A stretch of 54,976 nt of DNA from an uncultured delta proteobacterium (GCA_963817385.1 CAWFOM010000019.1:1-54976); one strand, 5' to 3'; shown: positions 1-9,858, counted from the stretch's first letter. Program-made: numbers and translations. Notes: a model not told the origin generated them from the sequence alone.

Positions 1-2
1 GC

Positions 3-83
3 TATCGGGAGGGCGGGACGCGGAGTGCGGCTAAACCCGCGGCATCGGCGTGCGACCGGTTGGACTCCCTGTTCCGGAAGTAG
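3..83 (+). CDS. possible 3' end of a CDS entering from the left edge
   Basis: Frame 3 reads YREGGTRSAAKPAASACDRLDSLFRK then TAG at 81-83; no homology recognised. Confidence 0.25.
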   Translation, partial: YREGGTRSAAKPAASACDRLDSLFRK

Positions 84-193
84 CAAAATTTTCAGGAGGT
101 CTGGATGTTAATGATTATTACATCCCTCAGAAAATGCCCCATCCAGAAATACTGCCATCTGATTTCTGATCTCCACAAAATGCTTTGAGTGGA

Positions 194-3100
194 TCAATTG
201 GTTCCGCCAAGTGCAGGCAGCCCATCGAGCATGCCATCTAAGGTACCGTTGAGCTGAAACCCCACCATTTTTTTGTCTGACGAGTAGGAAATGTAGGTGG
301 CGCTGCTGATATTCTGCGAGAAGATCAACTCCGGGTTATTGACCACCTTGGCATGCCCGCCGACAGGAAGAATCTGGGTGGCCACCACAGTTCCGCTGTC
401 GTTATAGGCGGTCAAGGTAACGGATGCCATGCCGCTTTCCGTGTTGACAAAGGCAATCCCGGTCCAGCCGTTCTTCTCGATCTTGGGAAAGACGCCCTCA
501 TACGCTCCGGTCCCGCCCCCACCGGCATAGGCCGCAAGCTGGTTGCCGTCGACGGTGCCGAAAAGCTCGAAGCCGGTGATGGGACTCGTGGAGTCTATCT
601 TGAACCACGCCGTCTGGGCGGGAAGGCCAAGTTCTGCTACCGTGCCAATATATTTTCCTTTTCCCGGTATCGATAGGGTTGAGGTAAAAAGAGGGGTCCC
701 TTGGGCACTGTAGGGCGTGATCGTTATCGTACACTCCGGCCCCGGGTTATTGGCCACAATGCCGGTCCACCAGCCATCACCGGCCACGTGTGGGTAGTAT
801 ATGGTCGAGGCGGTGTTATCGGTAAGGAGGATTCCTTCCAAATGGGTACCCCATCCGAGACTGCCAAACAGCTCCAGTCCAATGACGCCGCTTGCATTTA
901 TGATCGCCGCTGATTGAATCTCCGGCGGAATTTGATTGTTGAACAGGCTCGCAATGTTGAATGCTTTGTGTTCGCGGTCATTGAGTGTGTAGGGTATGCT
1001 CTGTCCATCGTTAAAGGTAATGGTCAGCGTTTTCGGTGCCGTGGTTGTGTTCACCAGGCTTACCCCGGTCCACCAGTCGGCGTTTGAGGCGATGTGGGGG
1101 ATATAGATGCCGGAAGTGTTAACCTTTTTTGCCGCGGGGATTGCCACGCTATAGTACCCTGCTCTGGAGAATTTCGTGTAGCCCTGGGCCGCAGATCCTG
1201 AGTCAAAGATGATGTATGCTATGCTTGTGTGGTCAGCATATTCATCGGCAATGTTGATCTGTCTTCGGCCGTTTACCGATAGTGGAACCTGCTTGTACTC
1301 TACGAGATTACCTGCATCGCTGTAGGCCCACAGGGAGCCGGTGACCGCTTGGTCGCCGGTATTGATGATGGCGATCTCCGTTTGCCAGGGGATGCTTGTG
1401 GCTATATGGGGGAAGTAGAGAGGAGAGGGAGAGGGGAGTGGTGTAGGTTCCCGCAAACGTAATCGTCCCTTCGGAGGGGAGGATCTGGGTGGAGAATGCC
1501 GGAGACGGCTTACTCCAACCCTTTACCGTCTCCCAGGTGAGGGTGTAACTCCCGGGCGTGAGGTTCGTCAGGTTCTGACTCCCCATCCCCGCATAGGCGA
1601 AGCTGTTCGGTCCGATCAGGGTCCAGGGGGCGCTGAATCATCATATCCGATTCGCTCTTAATGACCACTGTGTTGAGCGCGGTGATCGCTGCGCCCACGA
1701 CAGAGTTGGGGCCGACACCCCACGTATTATATGCCCGCACCCGATAGTAATACGTGGTGTTATTATTCAAACCGGTGACTTGTTTACTTGTCACGTTGCC
1801 CACATCCAGATTCTGGTAGCCGGGGAGATAGCTGGCAAACGTATTGGTCGTTGATACGTCCAACCGATAACCGTTGGCTTCTTCTCCGGCGCCCCAGTTC
1901 GCCGTAAAGGAATCTTTCATCATATCCGTTGCGGATTTCACCGATGGTGCAGCTGGAGGCAGCTCTCCCACGATATTCCCGAAGGCTCTCATCGCTCCGC
2001 TGTAATCCATGTTATAAAACACCAGAAAATTGTAGTCAGCGGTCGCCACAACCGGAGCTGAACTCTGCGTAGCTGATCGGGAAAGGAGCATCCATTGTTC
2101 CGTCGGCGTAAATCAGACGTCCCTTCAACGACCCCATCCCCGTCGAGGAGGGGGCATAAACCACCAGGTATTGGACGCCCCATCGGGCTGCAACGGCTGC
2201 TGAATAGTATTGAAGACCGGCTTCTTCCGCTATTATGAATGGACCGTATTGCGGAGTGCCGTCACCCTTGAGCTGCCATCCATATAATCGAGTTTTATTT
2301 TCGGAGGGCTCATAGGATCTCCAGAGGAGGAGATATTGGCCATATTGGCCCCAACCGCTACACCAGGCGACTGACAGATTGGGTTCAGCAGCAGGCCAGC
2401 CTACAAGTTTCTGTTCATTTTGCAGATAACTGCCGTTATAACTCACATGCCTGAAATAGACATCCGTATTCGAGCCGTCGTATAGCACCCGGTCGTAGGC
2501 CACCATATGTTTGCCCGTCTTAGCGTTGAATGTCACGATTGGTCGGGACCGGTCTTCGGGATATACTGTCGCGTCTGCGATCGTGAAGCTGGGACCGGGA
2601 AAACTACCGCTATTGTAGATGCCCCGCCCCCGAACAATAAGCGACCCGGCTACAATTGCACCGCTGCCCAATTTCTTGCTTCCCACTTCCTCATCCCAAA
2701 CAACCAGAAATCCACCCCCTCCGTAAGAAATATTGAGGTGACTCCAGTGGTTTTCGGAATTATTGGTCAAATCCTGGATGACAAACTCCTGCTGAATCGG
2801 CTGCCCTTTCCAGGATAGAAAACGTCCAATTACGCTTCCTGTCGAACCGATGGATTTTCTCAGCCAGACCGCGAGGAAGCGGTCATTAACCGAATCATAA
2901 GCGATTTTGGGATCCTGATCTTCGGTGCCGTACCCATTGATCTTTAAGGCATTATTCTGCCAACCCTCTCCCCGGCCGGTAATGGGTATCGCATAAATAT
3001 TATTGTATTTATAAAATACGGCTACATAAGAATCGTTCAGGCTGGAGTAAGCGACTGCGGGATTGCCGCCATGTTGATAGGTGTTTTCGGTAATCGGGAA

Positions 3101-3250
3101 CGGTAGACTCACCGGCAAGGCAGAGAAGGCGGGCGGGACGACTGCTCCCGGGATGATGAAAAGGATAATGAGACTTACCGTAATGAATGTTGTTTGTGCA
3201 ATCAGTCGATTTCGTCCGCGAAAGACCTTGCCGCTTCGATAAACTTTCAT
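194..3250 (-). CDS. large exported multidomain protein (signal peptide, beta-propeller-like repeats, fibronectin type III, Ig-like domain, C-terminal four-repeat module); 3 apparent +1 frameshifts
   Basis: Joins ORFs 2036..3256, 1510..2091, 1308..1586 and 194..1456, each one frame on from the last. GGAGG RBS at 3257-3261; hydrophobic N-terminus; seven P-x-[VI]-A-Y...[FY]L[AV]VW-type repeats; FN3 signature SFTANW...GYRLDVS...GLNNNTTYYYRVRAYN. Confidence 0.75.
209..1423 (-). repeat. copy 1 of a ~1.2 kb duplicated coding module
   Basis: Colinear with 4957..6184; 441..497 and 5194..5250 differ at 1 of 57 nt. Confidence 0.95.
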
Positions 3251-3357
3251 CATCACCCTCCTTTGTAAGAAGCAAAGAGCCTGGTTTCAATGCCCCTTGG
3301 AATCTACCGCTTTATGATACCACAACAACCCATTGACAACGATACGATTGATTCTGA

Positions 3358-4002
3358 TCACTTGCATCCCAGCCATAAGAAGAACGGGGTGTGCAGTTTA
3401 CTTATCTCTTCTGAAATGAGCCCGTTATGCCCGCACCAGGTGCAGAAGTACTCCCGGAGCAATTGAGCACGTTTGTTGTCCTCCGCGGGCAATGAGTCGA
3501 GGGTTCCCAGATACGTTTCTGCTGCTTCCCTCTTCTCATAGATTAAAGCTTCTTCGCGACTGATCGGACGAACTCCCTGGATGCCTATTTCGATAAGCTT
3601 TTTTGAAAGACGTATGAATGTAGGTGGAATATTTCTTGTCCTGACTACTTCAATACGGCCCCAGGGGGCGGATAGATAGGAACCGTCAGACAGTTTTTGC
3701 GGGTTTTGGCCCATTGCGTAGATATAATAATAAAAACGGCGATCGGCATCCGGAGGCCATTGTACAGGGAAAGGGGGTGAAACATAATAATCCCAAAGCG
3801 TGCCCGCCTGCTTCGAGAAAAGCCAATGAAACCCTGTGCGGGTTTTTTCCCATTCGGCATCGAGCAACGGCTTGAAAGAATGGTTCATGGATGGAACCTC
3901 CTCACCCCATAGGGAAAAACATCCGAGCAAGGTAAGACAGGAACAGAGAATCGCCAGGATGTTCCGTCGCTGCGGGATCAGACCACACCTGCACGCCTTC
4001 AT
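3358..4002 (-). CDS. hypothetical protein, probably exported
   Basis: ORF 3358..4089; likely start MKACRC at 4002 after AGGGG; hydrophobic stretch ILAILCSCLTLLGCFSLW. Confidence 0.6.
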   Translation of the reverse strand: MKACRCGLIPQRRNILAILCSCLTLLGCFSLWGEEVPSMNHSFKPLLDAEWEKTRTGFHWLFSKQAGTLWDYYVSPPFPVQWPPDADRRFYYYIYAMGQNPQKLSDGSYLSAPWGRIEVVRTRNIPPTFIRLSKKLIEIGIQGVRPISREEALIYEKREAAETYLGTLDSLPAEDNKRAQLLREYFCTWCGHNGLISEEISKLHTPFFLWLGCK

Positions 4003-4046
4003 GGTTGATATTCCCCTGGTGAAAAAATAAATTCGTCCAATACGCG

Positions 4047-4100
4047 GATAAGACGGCCTACCAAGGATCTCCCCCTGCGACCCGTGCATGCCGTCTTATC
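4047..4100. repeat. 11-bp perfect inverted repeat just downstream of the FGE-domain gene stop
   Basis: GATAAGACGGC (4047-4057) and GCCGTCTTATC (4090-4100), 32-nt loop. Confidence 0.7.
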
Positions 4101-4112
4101 GCTTCGCGCAGC

Positions 4113-6268
4113 CTATGGTTGACTGAGGGCGGAACGGAAACCCAGGTAGCAGCTCTGGGCGGACAGCGGACCGCTGAGGTCCGGACTGAATTTGCCGCGG
4201 TTCGCCGACCGCAGGAAGCGGTCGGCGCTATCCCAAGCTCCGCCTCGCCACATCCGGTCCCAGCCTGAATCAGGCCCCTTGGGGTTCGTGACCGGGCTGG
4301 AAGAATAGGCGCCATACCGATCCCATATCCACTCCGCGACGTTCCCCGCCATGTCATGCAATCCCCAAGGGTTGGCGGCAAAGCTCCCCACGGCCGTCTT
4401 CCCGCCGCGATGCTGACCCATGGGGCATAGGTTATTGTAAAAAGTCCCATCATAATTAGCCTGATCCGTGGAGATGCAGCTCCCGGTGTAGAACCGAGTC
4501 GTCGTCCCCGCCCGCGCCGCATATTCCCACTCCGCCTCCGTGGGAAGGCGATACCCGTTGGCTGTCCATTTCACCATGCCGTTTGTCAGATCAGCCTGCC
4601 CCGTTTTATAGATCTCCGTTTGCGCAAGATCCGTATAGTAGACCGGCGTCCTTTCCTCCTTCTCTGAGCGGGCGTTCAACCACTTGACCACGCCGTACCA
4701 GCTGACGATCGACACCGGGTGGTTCGCTGCCGGCCCCGTTCCGACCGTTGTCGAACGAGTAGCCGTGGGTGATTGCCCAGGTGTAAACCTCAGCCCAGAG
4801 GGCCGCAGTCACCTCATACCTGTCCAGGTAGAAGGCGTTTAACGTGACAGAGTGGACAGGAAATTCATCGCCCATGTAACTCTCCCCAGAGGCATCCCCC
4901 ATCTGGAAGCTCCCCGCGGGGATCAAGACCATGCCATCAGGAACGCCCGGTACGGTAAGTGCAGGCAGCCCATCGAGCATCATGCCGTCCGAGCTGCCAT
5001 TGAGCTGAAACCCCACACCATTCCTGTCCGATGAGTAGGCAATGTAGGTGGCGCTGCTGATATCCTGCGAGAAGATCGCCTCAGCGAATATTGACCACCT
5101 TTGCATGGCCTGCCGACAGGGAGCACCTGGGTGGCCACCGCAGTTCCATTGTCGTTATAGGCGGTCAAGGTAACGGATGCCGCGCTGTCTTCCGTGTTGA
5201 CAAAGGCAATACCGGTCCAGCCGTTCTTCTCGATCTTGGGAAAGACGCCCGCCTTCGCGGGCCCGCTCCCTTTTGCATACGCTGCAAGCTGGTTGCCGTC
5301 AACGGTGCCGAAAAGCTCAAAACCGGTGATAGGGATCGTGGAGTCTATCTTGAACCATGCCGTCTGATCGGGAAGGCCAAGTCCCGAAACCACGCCAATA
5401 TATTTCTCCTTCCCCGCTATGGGCAGGGTTGACCAGGTGAGGGGGGTTCCTGTGGCACTGTAGGGGGTGATGGTTATCGTACACGCCCACTCCGATGGGT
5501 TATAGGCCACAATGCCGGTCCACCAGCCATCACCGCGCCACATGGGGGTAGTATATGGTCGAGGTGGTTTTATCGGTAAGGAGGATTCCTTCCAGCTGGG
5601 TACCCCATCCAAGACTGCCAAACAACTCCAGCCCAATGATGCCGCTTGCATTGGTGATTACCGCCGATTTAATGTCCGGCTGGGGTTGGTTATTGAAGAA
5701 CTCCTGTGCGATGTCGAAGGCCCTGTGTTGGTTGGCAGTGAGTGTAATTTGTCTGCTCTGGCCGTTGTTGAAGGTGATGGTCAGTTCTTTCGGTGCCGAG
5801 GTGGTGTTCACCAGGCTTACCCCGGTCCACCAGTCAGCGTTTGAGGCTATGTGGGGGATATAGATGTCGGAGGTGTTTACCTCTTTTACCGCAGGGATTG
5901 CCGCTCTATAGTACCCTTCTCTGGAAAACTTTGTGTAGCCCTGGACCGCATCGGAGTTTGTGTCAAAGATGATGTATCCTATGTCTGTGTGGTTGGTAAA
6001 CTCATTTGCAACGGTGATCTGTTTCCGGCCGCGGGCGAGAAAGTGTGACATCCTTGGTCTCAACGAGCTGACCTTCATCGCTCAAGGCCCTCAGGGTGCC
6101 GGTGACTGTTTGATCACTGGTATTGATGATGGCTATCTCCGTTTGCCAGGGAATGCTTGTGGCTATGTGGGGAAAGTAGAGAGGCGCGGCGTACGCCAAC
6201 CCGGTGGCCAGCAGGGCTACGGAAAGAAGCAAGGACGCAAGAATCAATTTCTTCATGGTCGTTCTCAT
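4113..6268 (-). CDS. exported protein: N-terminal four-repeat module plus C-terminal formylglycine-generating-enzyme (FGE-sulfatase/SUMF1, C-type lectin fold) domain; about 5 apparent +1 frameshifts
   Basis: Joins ORFs 6002..6268, 5530..6078, 4980..5651, 4606..5106 and 4113..4715. Signal peptide MKKLILASLLLSVALLATGLAYA; FGE motifs MVLIPAGSFQMG, YRLPTEAEWEYAARAG, NPWGLHDMAGNVAEW, RGGAW, GFR. Confidence 0.85.
4957..6184 (-). repeat. copy 2 of the ~1.2 kb duplicated coding module
   Basis: Colinear with 209..1423, same peptide motifs. Confidence 0.95.
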
Positions 6269-6552
6269 TTTTTCTCCTCAATATTCGTGGCATGAGTCGA
6301 GGTCGATGCGGCCCTTTGTTTTATCGCCTCTTTGACACGCAACTCCTCGACGTAGGCGTTAAAATCAACCTCTGTGACAAGTTCCGCCTCGTCATTAGGG
6401 AAAAACACATACCGAGCCAATGAAGGGTGCGGGGTCTCAAAAGAGTCGTTTATCTTATTGTATACCATGACTTGACACCCACCATCCTCCGTGGGGACCA
6501 GTTTGACCGCCCGGTCGAATATCAGGTAGTATCTTGGCAGATCTAACGCCAT
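6265..6552 (-). CDS. hypothetical protein (95 aa)
   Basis: Intact ORF with AAGGA RBS; its stop overlaps the next start (ATGA at 6265-6268). Confidence 0.7.
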   Translation of the reverse strand: MALDLPRYYLIFDRAVKLVPTEDGGCQVMVYNKINDSFETPHPSLARYVFFPNDEAELVTEVDFNAYVEELRVKEAIKQRAASTSTHATNIEEKK

Positions 6553-6591
6553 TGAACTATAGTCCTTTATCGGGGTGAGTCACTTTCTATC

Positions 6592-6738
6592 AAACGCACC
6601 CTAGGCCGGCTTGTAATATCCATATTCCATCCTCTGCGCTTGTTGAAACAGCAGAGCAGTGAAATTGATCGGTCGCTCCTCCCTCACGAGACCATAATCA
6701 GGGTGCCAACCTAATGCCGCCTATCGAAACGTATTGCC
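6592..6738 (-). repeat. degenerate ~145 bp direct repeat (leader + RBS + first codons), copy B
   Basis: Shares ordered motifs with 7910..8054 (aggccgg, atccat, atcctc.gcg, tgaaacagca, tgaaattg, agaccat, aatgccgcc). Confidence 0.8.
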
Positions 6739-6744
6739 ACGCCG

Positions 6745-7113
6745 CTATTGTGAGGGCCATGGAGGGACCCGTTTCATTTCCCCTTTTTTCAAGCCTCCCA
6801 GATGGCGGAGGATATTATTGTATTCGGCATGGGTGGGTGGATACCTGAGAAGAGCATCGCCGATCGATCCCTTTGGTCCTTCCGCTCGCAGTTGCAGGAT
6901 GATCGTGCCGTCCTTCTCCATGCTTGCAGAGCCAATCGAATCCTTTTTGCTATTATTCATAATGGGTATGCCTTTGTGGTCGATATCCGGCCGTTCTCCC
7001 GCGATTGCGTAACTGATCATACAGCTTGCCATATAGGGCAAGAGCACAAGAACAATGCCCCTGACCAAAATTCCGGCAGGTGTTGATTGAATGCTCCTAC
7101 CGGTCATATTCAT
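6745..7113 (-). CDS. hypothetical protein with N-terminal hydrophobic segment (start uncertain)
   Basis: ORF 6745..7125; compact C-terminal domain SIGSASMEKDGTIILQLRAEG...ILRHLGGLKKGEMKRVPPWP. Confidence 0.65.
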   Translation of the reverse strand: MNMTGRSIQSTPAGILVRGIVLVLLPYMASCMISYAIAGERPDIDHKGIPIMNNSKKDSIGSASMEKDGTIILQLRAEGPKGSIGDALLRYPPTHAEYNNILRHLGGLKKGEMKRVPPWPSQ

Positions 7114-7645
7114 ATCTGTTCTCACTTACATGATAGGTAACTCGAGAATCCGGACCTCGCGCCCGCTGGAAGGTGAAGCGCGCTTCTCCTGAAATAACCT
7201 CATAGATTATCTTTTTATAGCTATCCTCTTTTTCACCATGCAGCAGTTCGGGAGGAACCGTCCGTAGGTAATCGGGAACAAGGTCTTGAAGTTTTCGCGG
7301 GAAAAATCCCCGTTCTCCTTTGTATTTTAATAGAAGGGGACGAAGTCCGTTTAAAGTCTGTATTCTTTGTTTTGTAAGATCGCTTAATCCATGATCGCTG
7401 ACTGAAAAGGCATTCAGCAATACTACGAATGCAATGATGCTGCCGAATCCAATTACCAGGTTGGTGCGACTTTCTCGCCTTTTGATGAGTTGCAATAGGG
7501 AGTAAATTCCTGCCGCGATAAAATAGCAGATTGGTATAAGAGCAACAAGACCCGTTGCGAAGGTATCAAGCCTATAGGCTGCCCAGTAGGCTGCGATAAT
7601 GAATGATGCAGAAAGTACGATGAATTTTATTATTCGCTTGTCCAT
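7097..7645 (-). CDS. hypothetical membrane protein (3 TM segments)
   Basis: Likely start MDKRII at 7645; three hydrophobic helices, then a G-x-FP-x-x-L-x-x-LVP-x-YL motif. Confidence 0.7.
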   Translation of the reverse strand: MDKRIIKFIVLSASFIIAAYWAAYRLDTFATGLVALIPICYFIAAGIYSLLQLIKRRESRTNLVIGFGSIIAFVVLLNAFSVSDHGLSDLTKQRIQTLNGLRPLLLKYKGERGFFPRKLQDLVPDYLRTVPPELLHGEKEDSYKKIIYEVISGEARFTFQRARGPDSRVTYHVSENRYEYDR

Positions 7646-7671
7646 TGCATTACAATTTCTCTGTGGATTGG

Positions 7672-7942
7672 TCACGCCTGGCCATTGTAGTGTAAATGAA
7701 TAAACTCTCGCTTGGCCGGATCGAAATAAACCTGGAAATAACAGCTGCCGCCATCCTTTACCATGATCATTCCCTTTTTCCAATGATCGAATTTTGAAGG
7801 ATTACAAAAACGCATTCAGATAGATTAACTTTCGGTCTTTTTTCGTCATCCCAAAATACTGTCGGCCGTACTCGGAAAAATTTCCGGCCGCTAACAAAAG
7901 AAATAGTGTAAACGGTACAAAAGGCCGGTTTTTCACATCCAT
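7672..7942 (-). pseudogene. small gene missing from the ORF track; +1 frameshift in a homopolymer, possibly also internally deleted
   Basis: GGAGG RBS, ATG at 7942: MDVKNRPFVPFTLFLLLAAGNFSEYGRQYFGMTKKDRKLIYLNAF; after removing one base at 7806-7810 it continues CNPSKFDHWKKGMIMVKDGGSCYFQVYFDPAKREFIHLHYNGQA, TGA at 7672-7674. Confidence 0.65.
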
Positions 7943-8054
7943 GTCTGATCCTCCGCGATCGCTGAAACAGCATGACATTGAAATTGGCCGGGCGCGCTCT
8001 CAACAGACCATGAGCAGGGGAGCTGAACCAATGCCGCCGCCGAACCATATTACC
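7910..8054 (-). repeat. degenerate ~145 bp direct repeat, copy A
   Basis: See 6592..6738. Confidence 0.8.
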
Positions 8055-8230
8055 GTCGATTTTTTAGGGCACCCGCGAATATAACAAAGGCGCTCGCAGG
8101 CTCCGGCATCCACCTCCCCATAAAGCGTGCTCATAGTAAAGTCAAGGATACCGAAGTGCAATTCTTTTTTGACCGGGTGCTATAAAATCTCCTTGGCATA
8201 CATTTTCTCAACATCCTCATCCCGAAAGAT

Positions 8231-8872
8231 CTAATTCTTTGGTGCCTTGTTTCTGGGATATCCGTACCAAAACTGGGTTTCCTTCGCGAGTATTCGGTCA
8301 AGCCAGCCCTCGTAATAATCCAAAAAGCTTGGGTAAGGAGCCTGCAAAGGGGGCGAAAGAGCCAAATCGATATTCCATATGGTACCGCGAAGGGGACCAT
8401 TGAGAACAATGGTTGTGTAGCCGGTACATCCCTGGTCACAAACTGCCATGGTTCCCTGGTAGGGATTCCAGGACTCCGCCGCATGTTGTCTCTCTTTCCA
8501 GTTTACACCACCCACCTCCACGAGCCAGTCACCCTGATATGTTTTATTGGAAAGGAGAAAGGTGGCTCCGATCACCTTTTTATACATGTCCTCGTTGTCG
8601 CAATTGAGATGGTCGGTTGCCTGAGCGAGGGGAAGAAGCCCATAATAGGGGCCGGCCCCGGAGCTGCCTGCTGTTGTGATGAAGCCCCGGTAGTCCGAGG
8701 GAAGCGAGATGCCCCATTGCTCTTCGAACGCGGCGGTCTCTGCCTCCGAGAGTGGCGGCTCAACCCGAAATCGGTGCTTGCTAATCCCGAGGTCAAGCTG
8801 AACGCATTCCTCAACGTCGTAATTACGTAGCTGATCCAATTTCCGCCGTATCTTATCAAGCTTGTTCATCAT
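8231..8872 (-). CDS. SMI1/KNR4 (SUKH) family protein
   Basis: PPLSEAETAAFEEQWGISLPSDYRGFI...GAGPYYGLLPL...CDQGC...LNGPLRGTIW...SFLDYYEGWLD. Confidence 0.85.
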   Translation of the reverse strand: MMNKLDKIRRKLDQLRNYDVEECVQLDLGISKHRFRVEPPLSEAETAAFEEQWGISLPSDYRGFITTAGSSGAGPYYGLLPLAQATDHLNCDNEDMYKKVIGATFLLSNKTYQGDWLVEVGGVNWKERQHAAESWNPYQGTMAVCDQGCTGYTTIVLNGPLRGTIWNIDLALSPPLQAPYPSFLDYYEGWLDRILAKETQFWYGYPRNKAPKN

Positions 8873-8948
8873 TCTTGGATCCTCTTCCAGTTTCGAACTA
8901 AAGCTGCCATCGTTCTGTCAATCTGACGATGTAAAAGGAATCTCCTTA

Positions 8949-9254
8949 TTATTTGCCCCATTTAATAATGTCCCCGAGCCTCAGGCTCGTGATACCTTCT
9001 TCGTCAACCACAAAATTTAAATCTAAGATGGACTCCGATATCGGATGAAACCATTGTCTTCTCATGGCTGGGTCAATTCGTTCGATCTCTTCGACAATAT
9101 CAATCAGTCGTTTTTTTAAGAAGCGCGCCTCCTCACCCAATTGGACACGTCATGATGGGTCTTCATGGACTGATATGGCCATTTCAAAGGCCCGCTTATT
9201 AATCGCACAGAGTCCTTCGACATGCTCAGTTGTCTGCACCTTCACCTCGTTCAT
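8949..9254 (-). pseudogene. hypothetical ORF interrupted by one in-frame TGA
   Basis: ATG at 9254 is in frame with ORF 8949..9140; single TGA at 9150-9152 (codon 35). Confidence 0.5.
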
Positions 9255-9393
9255 CTGTCAGCCATAAGCCTATTGTGTATAGAACGAATATGACGAGTTT
9301 TGTGTTGGCTCGGCAAACTCTTTCCAGTCGAGGGTTTCATTAATTGCAGAGAATACGTACTGTGCAGAGGCCGAAGCCAAACCGCCTGTACTG

Positions 9394-9705
9394 TCAGTTA
9401 CCTCGCACTTTGAATAACACTGCGCTGATCTTATCAATGCGGACCATGGCATCATAGAATTCACCGCCAGAAATATTCGAGACATGCACGAGGTTTTCTC
9501 CGACCTTGCTCACTATCCCCTCCATGTTGACGCCGGTATCCATCTGCAATATCAATTTCTTGCCGATATTTTCCGTCAGAACATCTTTGACTGTCGATGA
9601 TACGGACTTCAGTTCGTAAATCTGCCCGGCAGCAGAAACGTTTGGAACATAAACCGCCACACAGAACACAACGAGAACTATGGTAAATAAACTGTTCTTT
9701 AGCAT
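9394..9705 (-). CDS. small exported hypothetical protein, possible Sm/LSm-like fold
   Basis: GGAGG RBS, signal peptide ending VSA; IGKKLILQMDTGVNMEGIVSKVGENLVHVSNI...AMVRIDKISAV resembles Sm1/Sm2 patterning. Confidence 0.8.
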   Translation of the reverse strand: MLKNSLFTIVLVVFCVAVYVPNVSAAGQIYELKSVSSTVKDVLTENIGKKLILQMDTGVNMEGIVSKVGENLVHVSNISGGEFYDAMVRIDKISAVLFKVRGN

Positions 9706-9829
9706 AGATAATACCCTCCTCTGAGATTTGGCGTGAACCTATCGGGATCGGATCTGCCCCTTAGTGTTCAGCGTTCGCGAAGAACTGTCCCCCCCATTTT
9801 TGTTAACAAATAGCTTTTGTGAGTAAAAA

Positions 9830-9858
9830 AGTATAAGAACATCATTCTTGTATGTCAA
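9830..9858 (-). promoter_or_regulatory. sigma70-type promoter for the leftward accessory genes
   Basis: TTGACA-17 nt-TATACT on the minus strand. Confidence 0.7.

Noticed and set aside
6265..9705. Integron cassette array
   Set aside because: No attC sites (RYYYAAC...GTTRRRY) between these ORFs and no integrase.
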